From positions 1-37,505 of IMG/VR virus record IMGVR_UViG_3300020045_001919: a stretch of 37,505 bases of DNA. One strand, written 5' to 3'. The notes under the pieces were generated by a model, which was given only the letters and a program-made list of their open reading frames with translations, made no database searches and was not told where the DNA came from. This document shows, one piece after another, positions 18,252 to 27,358 of the stretch (its first letter is position 1; each line of letters opens with the position of its first letter). Made by a program: the position numbers and the translations under genes. The DNA is from a virus (lineage: Duplodnaviria > Caudoviricetes).

Positions 18252-18280
18252 GTATTACACTACCACTGAGGATAAATCAA
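18252..18280 (-). promoter_or_regulatory. Putative capsid promoter TTGATT-N17-TAATAC, followed by a 13-bp hairpin (18211-18251)
   Basis: Sigma70-like spacing with TAGTG before the -10. 190-nt structured leader. Confidence 0.5.
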
Positions 18281-19164
18281 CCCCCAAGCTTCTCCCTTGC
18301 CATTAACAGGTCACGATAGCGGGCTTGCATGGTTTCATCTTTATTGTACTGGGTGCGGTCTGTCCGCATAATGCCCTCAATCTTTGCAATTTCATCAGTG
18401 ATAGCGCTTGCCTGTGTAGCACCAGTGCCGGGGACAACCGTTGATAGTGGGTTAGCCTCCAGCGCCATAGACGCCAGCCATTTGAGAGCCTCAGGCTTAT
18501 ACCCGATAGGCACGCCGTCAGCACCGCGACCATTGCGGAAAATCTCAGCCACTTCTGTAGGCAGCGTTTCAAGGTGAGCATGCACAACATTGAGATTGCG
18601 CTTGTAATCCGCACCCCATTCCGCACGCAATGCTTCAACGCCTGCAGCCTCCGCCTCACGGGCAATGTTGGCCTCTTCTGCAAGCTGCTCTTCGACAATG
18701 CCGTAATAGGTCTCGATTGCAGCCGATACGACAGACGGAGGCGCGTTCTGTTCGTGCATGGCAGCAAGGAACTGATCGACCAGCGGCTTGTCATCATCAC
18801 CAACTACAAGGGCCTCAGGCAGCGACTTGTAATAATCCTCGGTAGCCTCTGGTACGCCAAGCTCTTTACGCCATTGCGCCATATCTTCGTCAGACGGGTT
18901 TTCACCCAAGGGCTTGCGGTACTTCCCATTGCGAATATCGTCATGGGTTTCCTTAAACTTCTTAAGCGCCGCATCTTTGGAATGATAGCGACCAAGGAAG
19001 CTCAGAAGCTCCTTATCCTCACCAGCCCATTGTGTGCGCCAGTCCGTTGCCTCGCCTACATCCTCCGCCTCAACAACGGTCTCGACCACAGGTTCGGCTA
19101 CGGTTTCAGTAACAGCCTCTTCAACGACAGGCTCGACGGCCTCGCTTGTTTCAACTTCACTCAT
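18277..19164 (-). CDS. Capsid scaffolding protein
   Basis: Acidic N-terminus, ELGVPE...Y and LRAEWGADY motifs. Lies between portal and capsid. Confidence 0.82.
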   Translation of the reverse strand: MSEVETSEAVEPVVEEAVTETVAEPVVETVVEAEDVGEATDWRTQWAGEDKELLSFLGRYHSKDAALKKFKETHDDIRNGKYRKPLGENPSDEDMAQWRKELGVPEATEDYYKSLPEALVVGDDDKPLVDQFLAAMHEQNAPPSVVSAAIETYYGIVEEQLAEEANIAREAEAAGVEALRAEWGADYKRNLNVVHAHLETLPTEVAEIFRNGRGADGVPIGYKPEALKWLASMALEANPLSTVVPGTGATQASAITDEIAKIEGIMRTDRTQYNKDETMQARYRDLLMAREKLGG

Positions 19165-19448
19165 TATTCGTCGTCCTTTAGTTTTTCTATGTCGATAGCC
19201 TGTAGTGCCAGCATTTGAGAGCCGACAAAGCGCCGACCCTCCATGAAGGCCGTAGCGTGGCTATCACCGCTACGGAATGACTGACCACCTATGTTTGCAG
19301 CCGCTTTTACGATCCACTCATAGGCAAGTTTCTGTTGGCCCTCTGTTGCCATGCCATTGGCAAAAGCCTTGATTGCAGCAACAACAGGGACATTGAACCC
19401 GGCAGGCGTATCAACCGCGACAACGGGGAGAGGCTTCACCGGCTTCAT
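19164..19448 (-). CDS. Bbp19-like small protein after the portal
   Basis: SFRSGDSHATAFMEGRRFVG motif. Synteny with BPP-1-like podoviruses. Confidence 0.75.
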   Translation of the reverse strand: MKPVKPLPVVAVDTPAGFNVPVVAAIKAFANGMATEGQQKLAYEWIVKAAANIGGQSFRSGDSHATAFMEGRRFVGSQMLALQAIDIEKLKDDE

Positions 19449-21088
19449 ACAAGCGCTTCCTCACCCAGTGACTGGCTGGCTTGTCCCATCTTGGCCGCAA
19501 CGTCAGCACCAGCCGCCATTTGCTCCAGTAGCGCCGCTGATTGCTGTTGCTCTTCCCGGCCTGCAATGATTGCCGCAGCGTCATCTTCGCTTCTGATCCA
19601 CTTTGCAGGGATACCAATGGATGACAGAACATCACGGAACGCCGTCGATATGTCGATATTAGCGTCAGCCGTAGGATCAAGCGCCAATGTGTCGGCAAGC
19701 ATGGCCTTGGCCTCCATGAACTTCGTACCCTTTTGCCGATCAATCGCGTCATGCAGCGGGCTTTCAAACTTGAACGTTATATCCTTGCCGCGGATGCTTT
19801 GCGGAATATCATCGACAGGACCGAACGCACCGCCGCGCATGAGCAATTCAAATGTCGCCTCGCATGTCGCTGCATTGTCCTCATCCTCCAGTGGTTCAAA
19901 CAACGGCGCAGCCTGCCTGATATAATCCTGCACACGTTGGCCAACCTCATAAGCGGTCATTTCAGGGCCAGTCTGTGGCAATGTCAGCTTGTTGATAAAG
20001 AACGCCTCGCGCAGCATTTCCATAGTGTCGCGCTGTTGCTCAAAACCGATAGGCATACCGCCACGGTCCTGTGTCAGTGGCCGCAGCACTTCACCCAGTC
20101 GCTCATCATAGGCGCTATCAACCCACGTAATACCACCGGCATAGATGGATATATCCGAGCGGATAGCCTCTTGCACCGCAATCATTGGCGGGTTTGTGGC
20201 TTTCTCGCCAGCCTCCAGCAGCGTCCGCGTCATAGCTTGCAGCAGACGCGCATCGGGCAGAGCACACACGGTTGCAGGCGAATAGGCATATTGCGAACCG
20301 GAAACGGTCTGCCAGCGTGGAATGATATATTTGAAATAGGACAGCCCCACCATTTCCATGATGTGCGCGTTATCAACGTCCAGATATATCTCGACATAAG
20401 GCACCTTGCCCTTGCCCAGATACTCACCTTCACACATGTCAGCAGGAATGACGACATGCCGGACATTCACTTCTGCATAAGGCTTCTTGTCGCCGCCGGT
20501 CATCTTATCTTTGACCTTGCTATGGCACTTGTCACCAAACAGCTTGATCAGATCAATGACGCATGGCTTCCACTTGCGATGGACCGTATCAATCTTGCCC
20601 TCGACATTCTCGCACCACGCAACATCGCGCAAATGCCAGCAACGATAGAGCAAGCCATTGGCCTCGCGGTTCAGCTCAACAGTCTTGACCGATTGCCCGA
20701 ACGTCGCGACGTCATGGTCGCTTTCTTTGGAGGCGCGGACAAACAGTGATGAGCGGTCATACATGGCACGCTTTTGCACCTTGGTGGCATATTCCAGCCA
20801 TTGCTTGGCGGCAACGTCCTCAAACTCTTCCCGCTCTGCCCGCAGACTAAACCAGTCAATGCTTGTCGGGCGCATCATGGTAGACAGGCTATTGCCCAAA
20901 TCACGCCGCACGAGAACGGGATAGCTTGTGGTCAAGTGGCTGGCGAATTCATCCCCGATTGTGCGCGTGACAGTGAAGTCGGCCCGCTCTGGATAGAATT
21001 GGTCAGCCGTGTTTTGCCAAAGCGTTAGCAGCGTCTCGCGCTTATTGAAGAGGTGATCGCCTTGTCGGATAAGCGCGTTAACGTCCAT
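19445..21088 (-). CDS. Portal (head-tail connector) protein, T7 gp8/BPP-1 type
   Basis: 547 aa. Motifs PRWQTVSGSQYAYSP, LPDARLLQ, EKATNPP, MTAYEV..R and FESPL. Confidence 0.93.
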   Translation of the reverse strand: MDVNALIRQGDHLFNKRETLLTLWQNTADQFYPERADFTVTRTIGDEFASHLTTSYPVLVRRDLGNSLSTMMRPTSIDWFSLRAEREEFEDVAAKQWLEYATKVQKRAMYDRSSLFVRASKESDHDVATFGQSVKTVELNREANGLLYRCWHLRDVAWCENVEGKIDTVHRKWKPCVIDLIKLFGDKCHSKVKDKMTGGDKKPYAEVNVRHVVIPADMCEGEYLGKGKVPYVEIYLDVDNAHIMEMVGLSYFKYIIPRWQTVSGSQYAYSPATVCALPDARLLQAMTRTLLEAGEKATNPPMIAVQEAIRSDISIYAGGITWVDSAYDERLGEVLRPLTQDRGGMPIGFEQQRDTMEMLREAFFINKLTLPQTGPEMTAYEVGQRVQDYIRQAAPLFEPLEDEDNAATCEATFELLMRGGAFGPVDDIPQSIRGKDITFKFESPLHDAIDRQKGTKFMEAKAMLADTLALDPTADANIDISTAFRDVLSSIGIPAKWIRSEDDAAAIIAGREEQQQSAALLEQMAAGADVAAKMGQASQSLGEEALV

Positions 21089-21282
21089 TATGACCCCAAT
21101 TTCTCACTAATCAGTGTGCTTTCCATCGGCTGGCGCTTGCGGCGCGTGGACTTGACATAGCCCACGTCGCCTTGTGTCAGCGCGTCCACCTTTGGCTCAT
21201 AGGTTCCAGTGGGCAATTCAGCTTTCTTCTTCTTGCCAACGCCCACCAGCTTGCCCAAGCCTTTGAATATCTTCTTGCCCAC
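21088..21282 (-). CDS. Small basic virion protein, gp7.3-like paralogue B (64 aa)
   Basis: GTG start, MGKKIFKGLGKLVG. Directly upstream of the portal. Confidence 0.72.
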   Translation of the reverse strand: MGKKIFKGLGKLVGVGKKKKAELPTGTYEPKVDALTQGDVGYVKSTRRKRQPMESTLISEKLGS

Positions 21283-21284
21283 GG

Positions 21285-21545
21285 TCAGCCCAGTGTATCG
21301 CTACTGTCTGACAGCATGGTCGATGTTCGCCCACCGGCAGACATGCGCTCCGCTAGCGCCTTTTTCTTAGCACGCCGCACAGCTTCATCATCCGCAGTCG
21401 GCATGACGCCAATCTTGTTTGTGTAGCTTGGCTCGGCAGCAGCCTTCTTCTTATTGCCCAGTGCAGCACCCACCAAACCAGCAGCGCCACCGATCAGGCC
21501 ACCAGTGGCGACCTTGGCAATCTTCTTGAATATCTTCTTACCCAC
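21285..21545 (-). CDS. Small basic virion protein, gp7.3-like paralogue A (86 aa)
   Basis: GTG 21545 overlaps the terL stop (TAGTG). MGKKIFKKIAKVATGGLIGG resembles the T7 gp7.3 N-terminus. Ends GRTSTMLS..LG. Confidence 0.75.
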   Translation of the reverse strand: MGKKIFKKIAKVATGGLIGGAAGLVGAALGNKKKAAAEPSYTNKIGVMPTADDEAVRRAKKKALAERMSAGGRTSTMLSDSSDTLG

Positions 21546-23560
21546 TAGCGATTCCTTCCCATGATTACACGAGGCGCACGACCCAGCGAACGCCGCTGAT
21601 CCTGTACCCATATCTGTCCGTCCGTTACCGCTTTAGCGCCGGACCACCACGCCATGACAACAGCGTCACCGCGATCAGGTGAACGACCAATCCGCTTGAT
21701 GAGCTTGTCCTTGGCTTCCATCGCAATGCCGCCTGGTATCTCATAATAGCGGGACGATGTGAGATCAGCCATTAGCTCTGGATCATTGGGCAGCATGATA
21801 GGCGAACCACCGGGCTGGTCAGGGTTCAACGCCTCGCGCAACCCCCAATATGCCTCAGTACGGACATTGGCAAAACGTAACTGGCGATCCTTGGTACGGC
21901 GAACGGACGCCTTCACGCCCATATATCCTACAGCGTCAATCTGGTTTTCCCGCAAATGCGCATAAGCATCGGCACCCCAGCCACCGCCAACGTCGATAAT
22001 CACTTTAGCCCCATCGCGCCGCTTGGACATGACAAGGCCAGCAACATCACTGCCCAATGGCGTTTGTGAACCTGGCACCACAACCAGCGGAGAGAACCAC
22101 CCATCATAGCGAGGAGCAACCACGGTTTTGTCAGAGCCACCTTGAGCAACGTCAACACCGATAGCGCACATTGGCACACCCGGAGGCGCACGGTCTGTCC
22201 ATCGGTTTTGCGCCTCACGCACCCACTCGGTCGGGATGACCTGCCATATGTCGTCGTCGGCCTCAATATCGAAGCGCCCCTCACGATAGGCCATGCGCAG
22301 TGCCTCAGGAAGGCCAGCCAGCACGCTATCGTAATTTGTGGAGGCAAGGTCGGGATTGTCAGACAGACGCGCTGGAATGAATGTCCTAGACCGCGCACGC
22401 ACCATTTGCCCGTCAAGCTCATGTGGCCCCGGACCATCAACCTCAACGCCACCAAGGAACCACCGCAATTCACCGGGCTTGGCAGGGTTAGGATGTGTCA
22501 TATCCAACCAAGGTGCCCAATATTTGATGACCCAAAAGCCCTCTGGCCGTGTTGGTGGATTGCCCGCAGCGATCACACGGCAGCGCTGCTTAGGATCAGC
22601 CGAGCGGTTCCATATTGTGATGAATGTATATTGCGTCTCGGTAAAATCGCTTATCTCGTCAAAGCCGATAAGGTCGTGAGGCGTGCCTTTGTACTTTTGC
22701 TTGTCATCCTCTAGCTGACAGCCGCCAATATCGATGACGCGCCCGTCTGGCATACGCCATACCATGTCTTGACCGTTCCAGCCGTCGCGATGGCCGATAA
22801 TATCACGGAAGCGGTCGAATAGTTTGGAGGCTTCCTTGTTTGTGCGGCGTAGGATCAGCGCCCGTTTATGCTCCACCAGAGAGCAGCCGACCATAAGGTC
22901 CGTGTTATGCGTTGGGATCATCGCACGACTGGCGAGATACTGCCGTGTAGGGCTATCAACACTGATACAGCGCGTTGGCACCGATACCACAGGTTCACAT
23001 GCCACAATGTAGCGGAATCGCGTTGCAGGCCATGCCAGCAGGCTACCAGCATAGGGGATGGCGTGATTATGTCTGCCGTCAGAATCCGTCAGAGAGTGAT
23101 ATATCTCTGTTGTGTCGCGCATTGTTCCGACCGGCAAGGTATCGCCACTCAATTCCTTGGCGTTAAATGTCACCCACCGATGAACATCATCCGCCACAAT
23201 CTCAGTGCCGTCATCAAAGCGCAGTCGGTAGCATGGTCGATGGCTGATAGCGCTAACCGCAGTCACCGCACATGGGTAGCCATGTTCATCGAACAGCGTA
23301 TCGCCAACACTTACCTCGCCCATAGTAGTCCAGCCCGAAGGCGTGGGCAGTAGCGTATCAAGTGCCAGACCCTTGCCACCCCCGGCTGACCCGCCATAAA
23401 AAAGCTCGTCAGCGTCGCAGAAATAGGCGTCAGTTTGTGGCCCAGGATTAGGAACCCAAATTTTGTCTTTGGTGCCATCCAATGCCATGCGGACAACGGC
23501 CTCCCTCTCGTCCTCTGGTAATGCACCAAGAGAGGAGAGGACGTCGCCCAGCAGAGACAT
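21545..23560 (-). CDS. terL: Terminase large subunit, intein-containing
   Basis: PNPGPQ adenine-binding motif, Walker A GGSAGGGK|T interrupted by the intein, Walker B IGFDE, AAGNP, nuclease motifs GVDVAQGGSD and SPDRGDA. Confidence 0.95.
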   Translation of the reverse strand: MSLLGDVLSSLGALPEDEREAVVRMALDGTKDKIWVPNPGPQTDAYFCDADELFYGGSAGGGKGLALDTLLPTPSGWTTMGEVSVGDTLFDEHGYPCAVTAVSAISHRPCYRLRFDDGTEIVADDVHRWVTFNAKELSGDTLPVGTMRDTTEIYHSLTDSDGRHNHAIPYAGSLLAWPATRFRYIVACEPVVSVPTRCISVDSPTRQYLASRAMIPTHNTDLMVGCSLVEHKRALILRRTNKEASKLFDRFRDIIGHRDGWNGQDMVWRMPDGRVIDIGGCQLEDDKQKYKGTPHDLIGFDEISDFTETQYTFITIWNRSADPKQRCRVIAAGNPPTRPEGFWVIKYWAPWLDMTHPNPAKPGELRWFLGGVEVDGPGPHELDGQMVRARSRTFIPARLSDNPDLASTNYDSVLAGLPEALRMAYREGRFDIEADDDIWQVIPTEWVREAQNRWTDRAPPGVPMCAIGVDVAQGGSDKTVVAPRYDGWFSPLVVVPGSQTPLGSDVAGLVMSKRRDGAKVIIDVGGGWGADAYAHLRENQIDAVGYMGVKASVRRTKDRQLRFANVRTEAYWGLREALNPDQPGGSPIMLPNDPELMADLTSSRYYEIPGGIAMEAKDKLIKRIGRSPDRGDAVVMAWWSGAKAVTDGQIWVQDQRRSLGRAPRVIMGRNR
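22904..23371 (-). mobile_element. 156-aa mini-intein (class 3 signature) in the TerL P-loop
   Basis: Begins GLALDTLLPTPSGWTTMGEVSVGD. Block B ADDVHRW, block F TRCISV, ends IPTHN|T. No homing endonuclease. Confidence 0.92.
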
Positions 23561-24078
23561 TAGAACGTGAACGCAGTCTCAACCACGTCATACCAGACGC
23601 GGACATACAGGTCACTGGTGCCAGTCGTTACCTCACCAGAGAGCAGGCTCAGTACCACGGCAGCATTGGCCACCAATGCAACACCGTCAGCAGTACCACC
23701 ACCGCCGGAACGCCCGAAGATGTGCCGTGTCTGCGCGGTAGCCTGATCGAGGAACCCGGTCGTTTCCACGGATGCAGAGCATAGAGCGCCCGCCGCATTG
23801 GTGTAGCGCAATGCCAGATCCTCAGCAGCGCCAACGTCAGCATAAGCTGTGCCAGCGGGCTTGTAGATCAACAGGCGCAGCGGAACGATGCACAGGCCAG
23901 CGCCGGGTGCCGCAATGATCGTCTGTGGGGTGGCATTGAGGGCCAACACTTGCGCTGACGTGACGCGCTTCTGTGCCATTTCACCAACCCGCGTGGCTGT
24001 TTTGAACGGGTTGTTCAGCTCCAGCCCACCAGCAGGGGTAAGCCCAAGGCGACGGCCATGAATACTAGTTTGGATCAT
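23560..24078 (-). CDS. Hypothetical beta-rich, probably virion-associated protein between terS and terL
   Basis: 172 aa, GGAG RBS, TAATG coupling to terL. Confidence 0.75.
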   Translation of the reverse strand: MIQTSIHGRRLGLTPAGGLELNNPFKTATRVGEMAQKRVTSAQVLALNATPQTIIAAPGAGLCIVPLRLLIYKPAGTAYADVGAAEDLALRYTNAAGALCSASVETTGFLDQATAQTRHIFGRSGGGGTADGVALVANAAVVLSLLSGEVTTGTSDLYVRVWYDVVETAFTF

Positions 24079-24123
24079 GATATTTATACTCCAGCTTATT
24101 GTGTTTGCTTATGGATTGAATAG

Positions 24124-24702
24124 TCACTCACCGCTATTCTCGGTATTCATTGCGCGTAGACCGGCAGACAACATAAACGCTATGCGCCGCGCCTTTTCGT
24201 TCACGCTCATATCCTCGATTTGAAGTGGCCCACCGTCTTTCCCGGTGTGCTCATGCTTCTCGACTATCCAGCCCTGCATTTTTGCAATATCGACAAGGGC
24301 GGCACGCTTATCCCACATTTTAATCTTCGCAACACTTTCGACAGCATCACCATCGGGAGAGCCGCGAGTGACAACCTCAATTGCCGATACAGAAGCGGCG
24401 GTAGCATCGTCTAAATCCTCAACGTGCTTCAATGAACCGCCGGACTGAAACAATTTGCGAATGTCGCTAAACCCAATGTAGCTGAGTTCCCTTAGAACCA
24501 TTTCACGCGTTATCTCAGCGCGTTCAGCGGATGCTTCGAGTATTTCCTCAACCCTTTCACGAATCCTTTCATTCCCTTTCAGGCGGATTGCGTTCCCATC
24601 ATTGGCCTTAAACCCTGCATTGACGTATGCCGAACATGCTGGTTCACCCTTCGCAATCTCCTGTGCGTACCTTTCATGTCGGGCGTTATCGAGGACTGGC
24701 AT
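24124..24702 (-). CDS. terS: Terminase small subunit
   Basis: L.NARHERYAQE..AY..AG N-terminal HTH, VLREL..IGFSDIR, KIKMWDKRAAL and EHTGKDGGPL. Confidence 0.92.
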   Translation of the reverse strand: MPVLDNARHERYAQEIAKGEPACSAYVNAGFKANDGNAIRLKGNERIRERVEEILEASAERAEITREMVLRELSYIGFSDIRKLFQSGGSLKHVEDLDDATAASVSAIEVVTRGSPDGDAVESVAKIKMWDKRAALVDIAKMQGWIVEKHEHTGKDGGPLQIEDMSVNEKARRIAFMLSAGLRAMNTENSGE

Positions 24703-24704
24703 TG

Positions 24705-24986
24705 TTACGGATGAGCCGCCGCGTAGATCTTATGACCAGCAACAACAGCAAAATCATACGCCGTGTCAGCCTCACAGGGGAATGTCATGCCGCTACCCGT
24801 TGGGTTCGCACCAATCTCGATCAGCGCCTTAACCGAGCATACCACCGTAATGAGGTTCGTGGACCGATTGAACGCAGCCGACGCTACGCCAAAATCGAGT
24901 ATCTGTTTTGCGAGAGGCGGAAACGGGCGGACCTGCATACCACTACGGATCATGGTCATTTCGTAAACATCGACTTCTTGCGCCAT
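24705..24986 (-). CDS. Hypothetical protein, first gene of the late operon (93 aa)
   Basis: GAGG RBS; 2 nt from the terS start. Confidence 0.75.
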   Translation of the reverse strand: MAQEVDVYEMTMIRSGMQVRPFPPLAKQILDFGVASAAFNRSTNLITVVCSVKALIEIGANPTGSGMTFPCEADTAYDFAVVAGHKIYAAAHP

Positions 24987-25000
24987 GTGCGTTCCTCAAC

Positions 25001-25031
25001 AAAAAAGCCGCTGGGATTGCTCCGAGCGGCT
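25001..25031 (-). terminator. Leader terminator upstream of the late operon (tR'-like)
   Basis: AGCCGCT-cggagcaatccc-AGCGGCT followed by TTTTT. Confidence 0.75.
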
Positions 25032-25059
25032 CAAGGTCAGTTATACCATTATGGTTTAT

Positions 25060-25088
25060 CCACTACACTAAGCTGCGCATATTATCAA
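25060..25088 (-). promoter_or_regulatory. Putative late promoter TTGATA-N17-TAGTGG (pR'-like)
   Basis: Directly after the last early gene and about 30 nt before a terminator. Confidence 0.5.
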
Positions 25089-25516
25089 GCGTAGCCTTTA
25101 ACCCCCGCGATAATACTCGCCACATTGGCAACCGTTGTTTTCGCCGCGTCTCCAGCGCTCCGCCTATTGCCCGCCATATCGGAACCAGCCGTTGGTGCAT
25201 CCATATCAAAGCGACATATATTCTCGTAACAGGACCACATGCGCGATGGGAACTTGCGCTTGAGCAATGATAGCTCAGACAATGCTTCATGTTCTCGAAG
25301 CCCCGGCACAGAAGCCTTGATATAGGACGGGTCAGGCGTTGTTTTGCTATCGAGGATTGCCCATAGGCGTTGGCAGTATCGGATTGCTGCAATCTCTGCT
25401 TCACCAAACAAATCGGACTGGCTGTTGATCCAGCGCTCTATCGTCGTGCCACCCCGATTTATCAGGACTTTAGCAGCGCCGTTATACTCACCGATTGCCT
25501 GATAGTCTGATTGCAT
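25085..25516 (-). CDS. Putative late-gene regulator (lambda Q position)
   Basis: Last ORF before the promoter/terminator/packaging genes. Helical C-terminus. Function is inferred from position. Start could be 25516 or 25531. Confidence 0.55.
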   Translation of the reverse strand: MQSDYQAIGEYNGAAKVLINRGGTTIERWINSQSDLFGEAEIAAIRYCQRLWAILDSKTTPDPSYIKASVPGLREHEALSELSLLKRKFPSRMWSCYENICRFDMDAPTAGSDMAGNRRSAGDAAKTTVANVASIIAGVKGYA

Positions 25517-25685
25517 ATTATGCCATCCCAAAGCCCTAATAAAATTGAGGTTCCCAACCTTAACCCTTCATTTCCAATGCGTAGTAGAGGACCACATTGG
25601 CGCTGGCGGGTTTTGCCCTGTATCGGGAGGCTGGGCTGTTGGTCTGCACCTCAAAACAAACCTAGGATGCCAGCTATGAAGAACG

Positions 25686-26057
25686 TTAATTCTTATCTTG
25701 TGGCTTATCATCAATCTGTTTGTCAAGCCAATGATCTAGCGCCTTCATCGCCTTCGTGGCCGTTGGCGTTGCCAGAGCCTTCTCACCCATCTCAGAGGCT
25801 GCGATTGCATAAACAGTGTTCTCTGACGGACAGATCGCCTTAACACACAGCATAGACAAAAACACAACAATCGCTGTTTTGAGAATTTTGCGATTTACAG
25901 AAAAGGCACCATCATCAGCGTCGCAATCTATCAAAGGCAAATACGCAAAGGCAGAAACCAAGGCGACAAAGCCCGAGACAAAGACCAAAATGCCAGCGGT
26001 GCTATTCACGCTGCCAAACACATCGGCTAAATATAAAAGCCATGATAAACTATTCAT
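25686..26057 (-). CDS. Hypothetical membrane protein, 123 aa
   Basis: Two TM segments, WLLYLAD and PS..TVYAIAASE motifs, AAGGA RBS. Confidence 0.8.
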   Translation of the reverse strand: MNSLSWLLYLADVFGSVNSTAGILVFVSGFVALVSAFAYLPLIDCDADDGAFSVNRKILKTAIVVFLSMLCVKAICPSENTVYAIAASEMGEKALATPTATKAMKALDHWLDKQIDDKPQDKN

Positions 26058-26097
26058 TTTTCTTATCCTTTCACTATGTCACGACGCCCGCATGAGG

Positions 26098-26337
26098 TCA
26101 ATCAAGATGACCATCATCCGCGATAGTGCTGACAATCCAGAAATGTCGCCCACTATGCTCAGTCCAATATGTTCTCTTCTTGCGGATTATGTCAATTCCA
26201 GGCTGGAAATGCTCTTCCAGTCTCCGCATTGTAAGCTTGGCAAAATTAACGCGCACCCGCCACTGCCATCTACACAAAGCCCACCCCATTGCCACAAACC
26301 CGGCGTTGGCGGCTAATGAGATTAGGTTCTCCATCAC
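26098..26337 (-). CDS. Hypothetical protein, 79 aa
   Basis: Coupled to the upstream stop (GTGA/TGATG). Confidence 0.6.
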   Translation of the reverse strand: MMENLISLAANAGFVAMGWALCRWQWRVRVNFAKLTMRRLEEHFQPGIDIIRKKRTYWTEHSGRHFWIVSTIADDGHLD

Positions 26338-26645
26338 ATCGCCCTCGCTGGATAAACCCTAACGCCTCTTGTCGCGCGTTGCCTAGCGTCAGCCTTAGCC
26401 CTTAACTTATAAACACGGATGGCCTCACCTTCCTCACGTATTATCCTAAGACGCCTGCGCTGCGCCTCCAGCCGCAACTCCAAGTCCTCCTGCATATAGG
26501 CTTCGTGCAGCGCGTCATGATCAACCTTTCCGCCCCATCCCTCCACAGGCGGACCAATGACAAATTGGCAAAACTTAACAATTGCAGCAATGAACCCAAT
26601 CATAACCAAGCATGTTAAAATAACCTCTCCTACGTAATCCATCAC
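26334..26645 (-). CDS. Hypothetical protein with N-terminal TM segment
   Basis: Coupled ORF; hydrophobic N-terminus and charged helix. Confidence 0.65.
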   Translation of the reverse strand: MMDYVGEVILTCLVMIGFIAAIVKFCQFVIGPPVEGWGGKVDHDALHEAYMQEDLELRLEAQRRRLRIIREEGEAIRVYKLRAKADARQRATRGVRVYPARAM

Positions 26646-26923
26646 TCAGCACTCCTTATCTTCTCATATTCTTCCAGAGCGACCTTCAAAGATCGCCATT
26701 CAATATAGCGAATTGCTGTGGCCTTATCTGAAAGAGTGTGCCTTTCATATGCTAGCGTCTCAACATTGCGCTGTTCTGGAATAAATTTAGGTGTAGGAAA
26801 AACATCGCGCACGGCCACCACGTAATCGGGATCATAAAAACAGCTTTCAATAATACGCCAAGATTTAACTTCCTCTTTCAGCGCAGTAAACGCCAGCCAT
26901 ACATGATCGTCAGTAACCATCAC
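26642..26923 (-). CDS. Hypothetical protein, about 92 aa
   Basis: GGAGG RBS; coupled. Confidence 0.7.
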   Translation of the reverse strand: MMVTDDHVWLAFTALKEEVKSWRIIESCFYDPDYVVAVRDVFPTPKFIPEQRNVETLAYERHTLSDKATAIRYIEWRSLKVALEEYEKIRSAE

Positions 26924-27066
26924 CTCGCCCTCCGTATCACAGAGCTAATCCTGTATCGCTGCCAATGCTCCAACCCCTTCTCAGCCGCAAGCTTATGCGT
27001 GGCATGCCGTGTTGCGAACCGCTCGCCCTTGGTGTTTTCTGCTATGCAGTCATGTTGCTCGGTCAT
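26920..27066 (-). CDS. Hypothetical 48-aa protein MTEQHDCIAENTKGERF...
   Basis: Translated by hand. GAGGA RBS, fills the gap, stop overlaps the next start. Confidence 0.6.
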   Translation of the reverse strand: MTEQHDCIAENTKGERFATRHATHKLAAEKGLEHWQRYRISSVIRRAR

Positions 27067-27358
27067 TTTCATTCCTCTTCATATCAAATATGCGAAACCA
27101 CGTCATTTGCGCAGTGTTCAGATAACCAAGCGCATCTTTGCACCCATCTTTTAGCCCCGCCTGATACCCCGCCCTAATTCGCTCCATAAGACGCCCATCA
27201 TCATGGTTACCATTGAGCCAAGCCAAGGAACGCTCAGGATCACTCTCAAATCCAGCGCCAATCGCCCTCAATTTCTCTAGGTGCGGATCAACAGGCGACA
27301 CCATCGCTGGAAACATATAACCGCCATCCCTAAGACACAGCGGACAAAGGTCGGTCAT
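27050..27358 (-). CDS. Hypothetical protein (MTDLCPLC...)
   Basis: GAGGAGG RBS before ATG 27358. Confidence 0.65.
   Translation of the reverse strand: MTDLCPLCLRDGGYMFPAMVSPVDPHLEKLRAIGAGFESDPERSLAWLNGNHDDGRLMERIRAGYQAGLKDGCKDALGYLNTAQMTWFRIFDMKRNENDRAT

Noticed and set aside
19733-20749. 338-aa plus-strand ORF, and other long plus-strand ORFs such as 3788-4546
   Set aside because: Antisense shadows of well-supported minus-strand genes, with no motifs or RBS.
22904-23371. Homing endonuclease within the intein
   Set aside because: Too short, with no LAGLIDADG or HNH motif.
25568-25711. Possible 47-aa ORF MISHKIRINVLHSW...
   Set aside because: No clear RBS and no recognisable motif, so it is not called.
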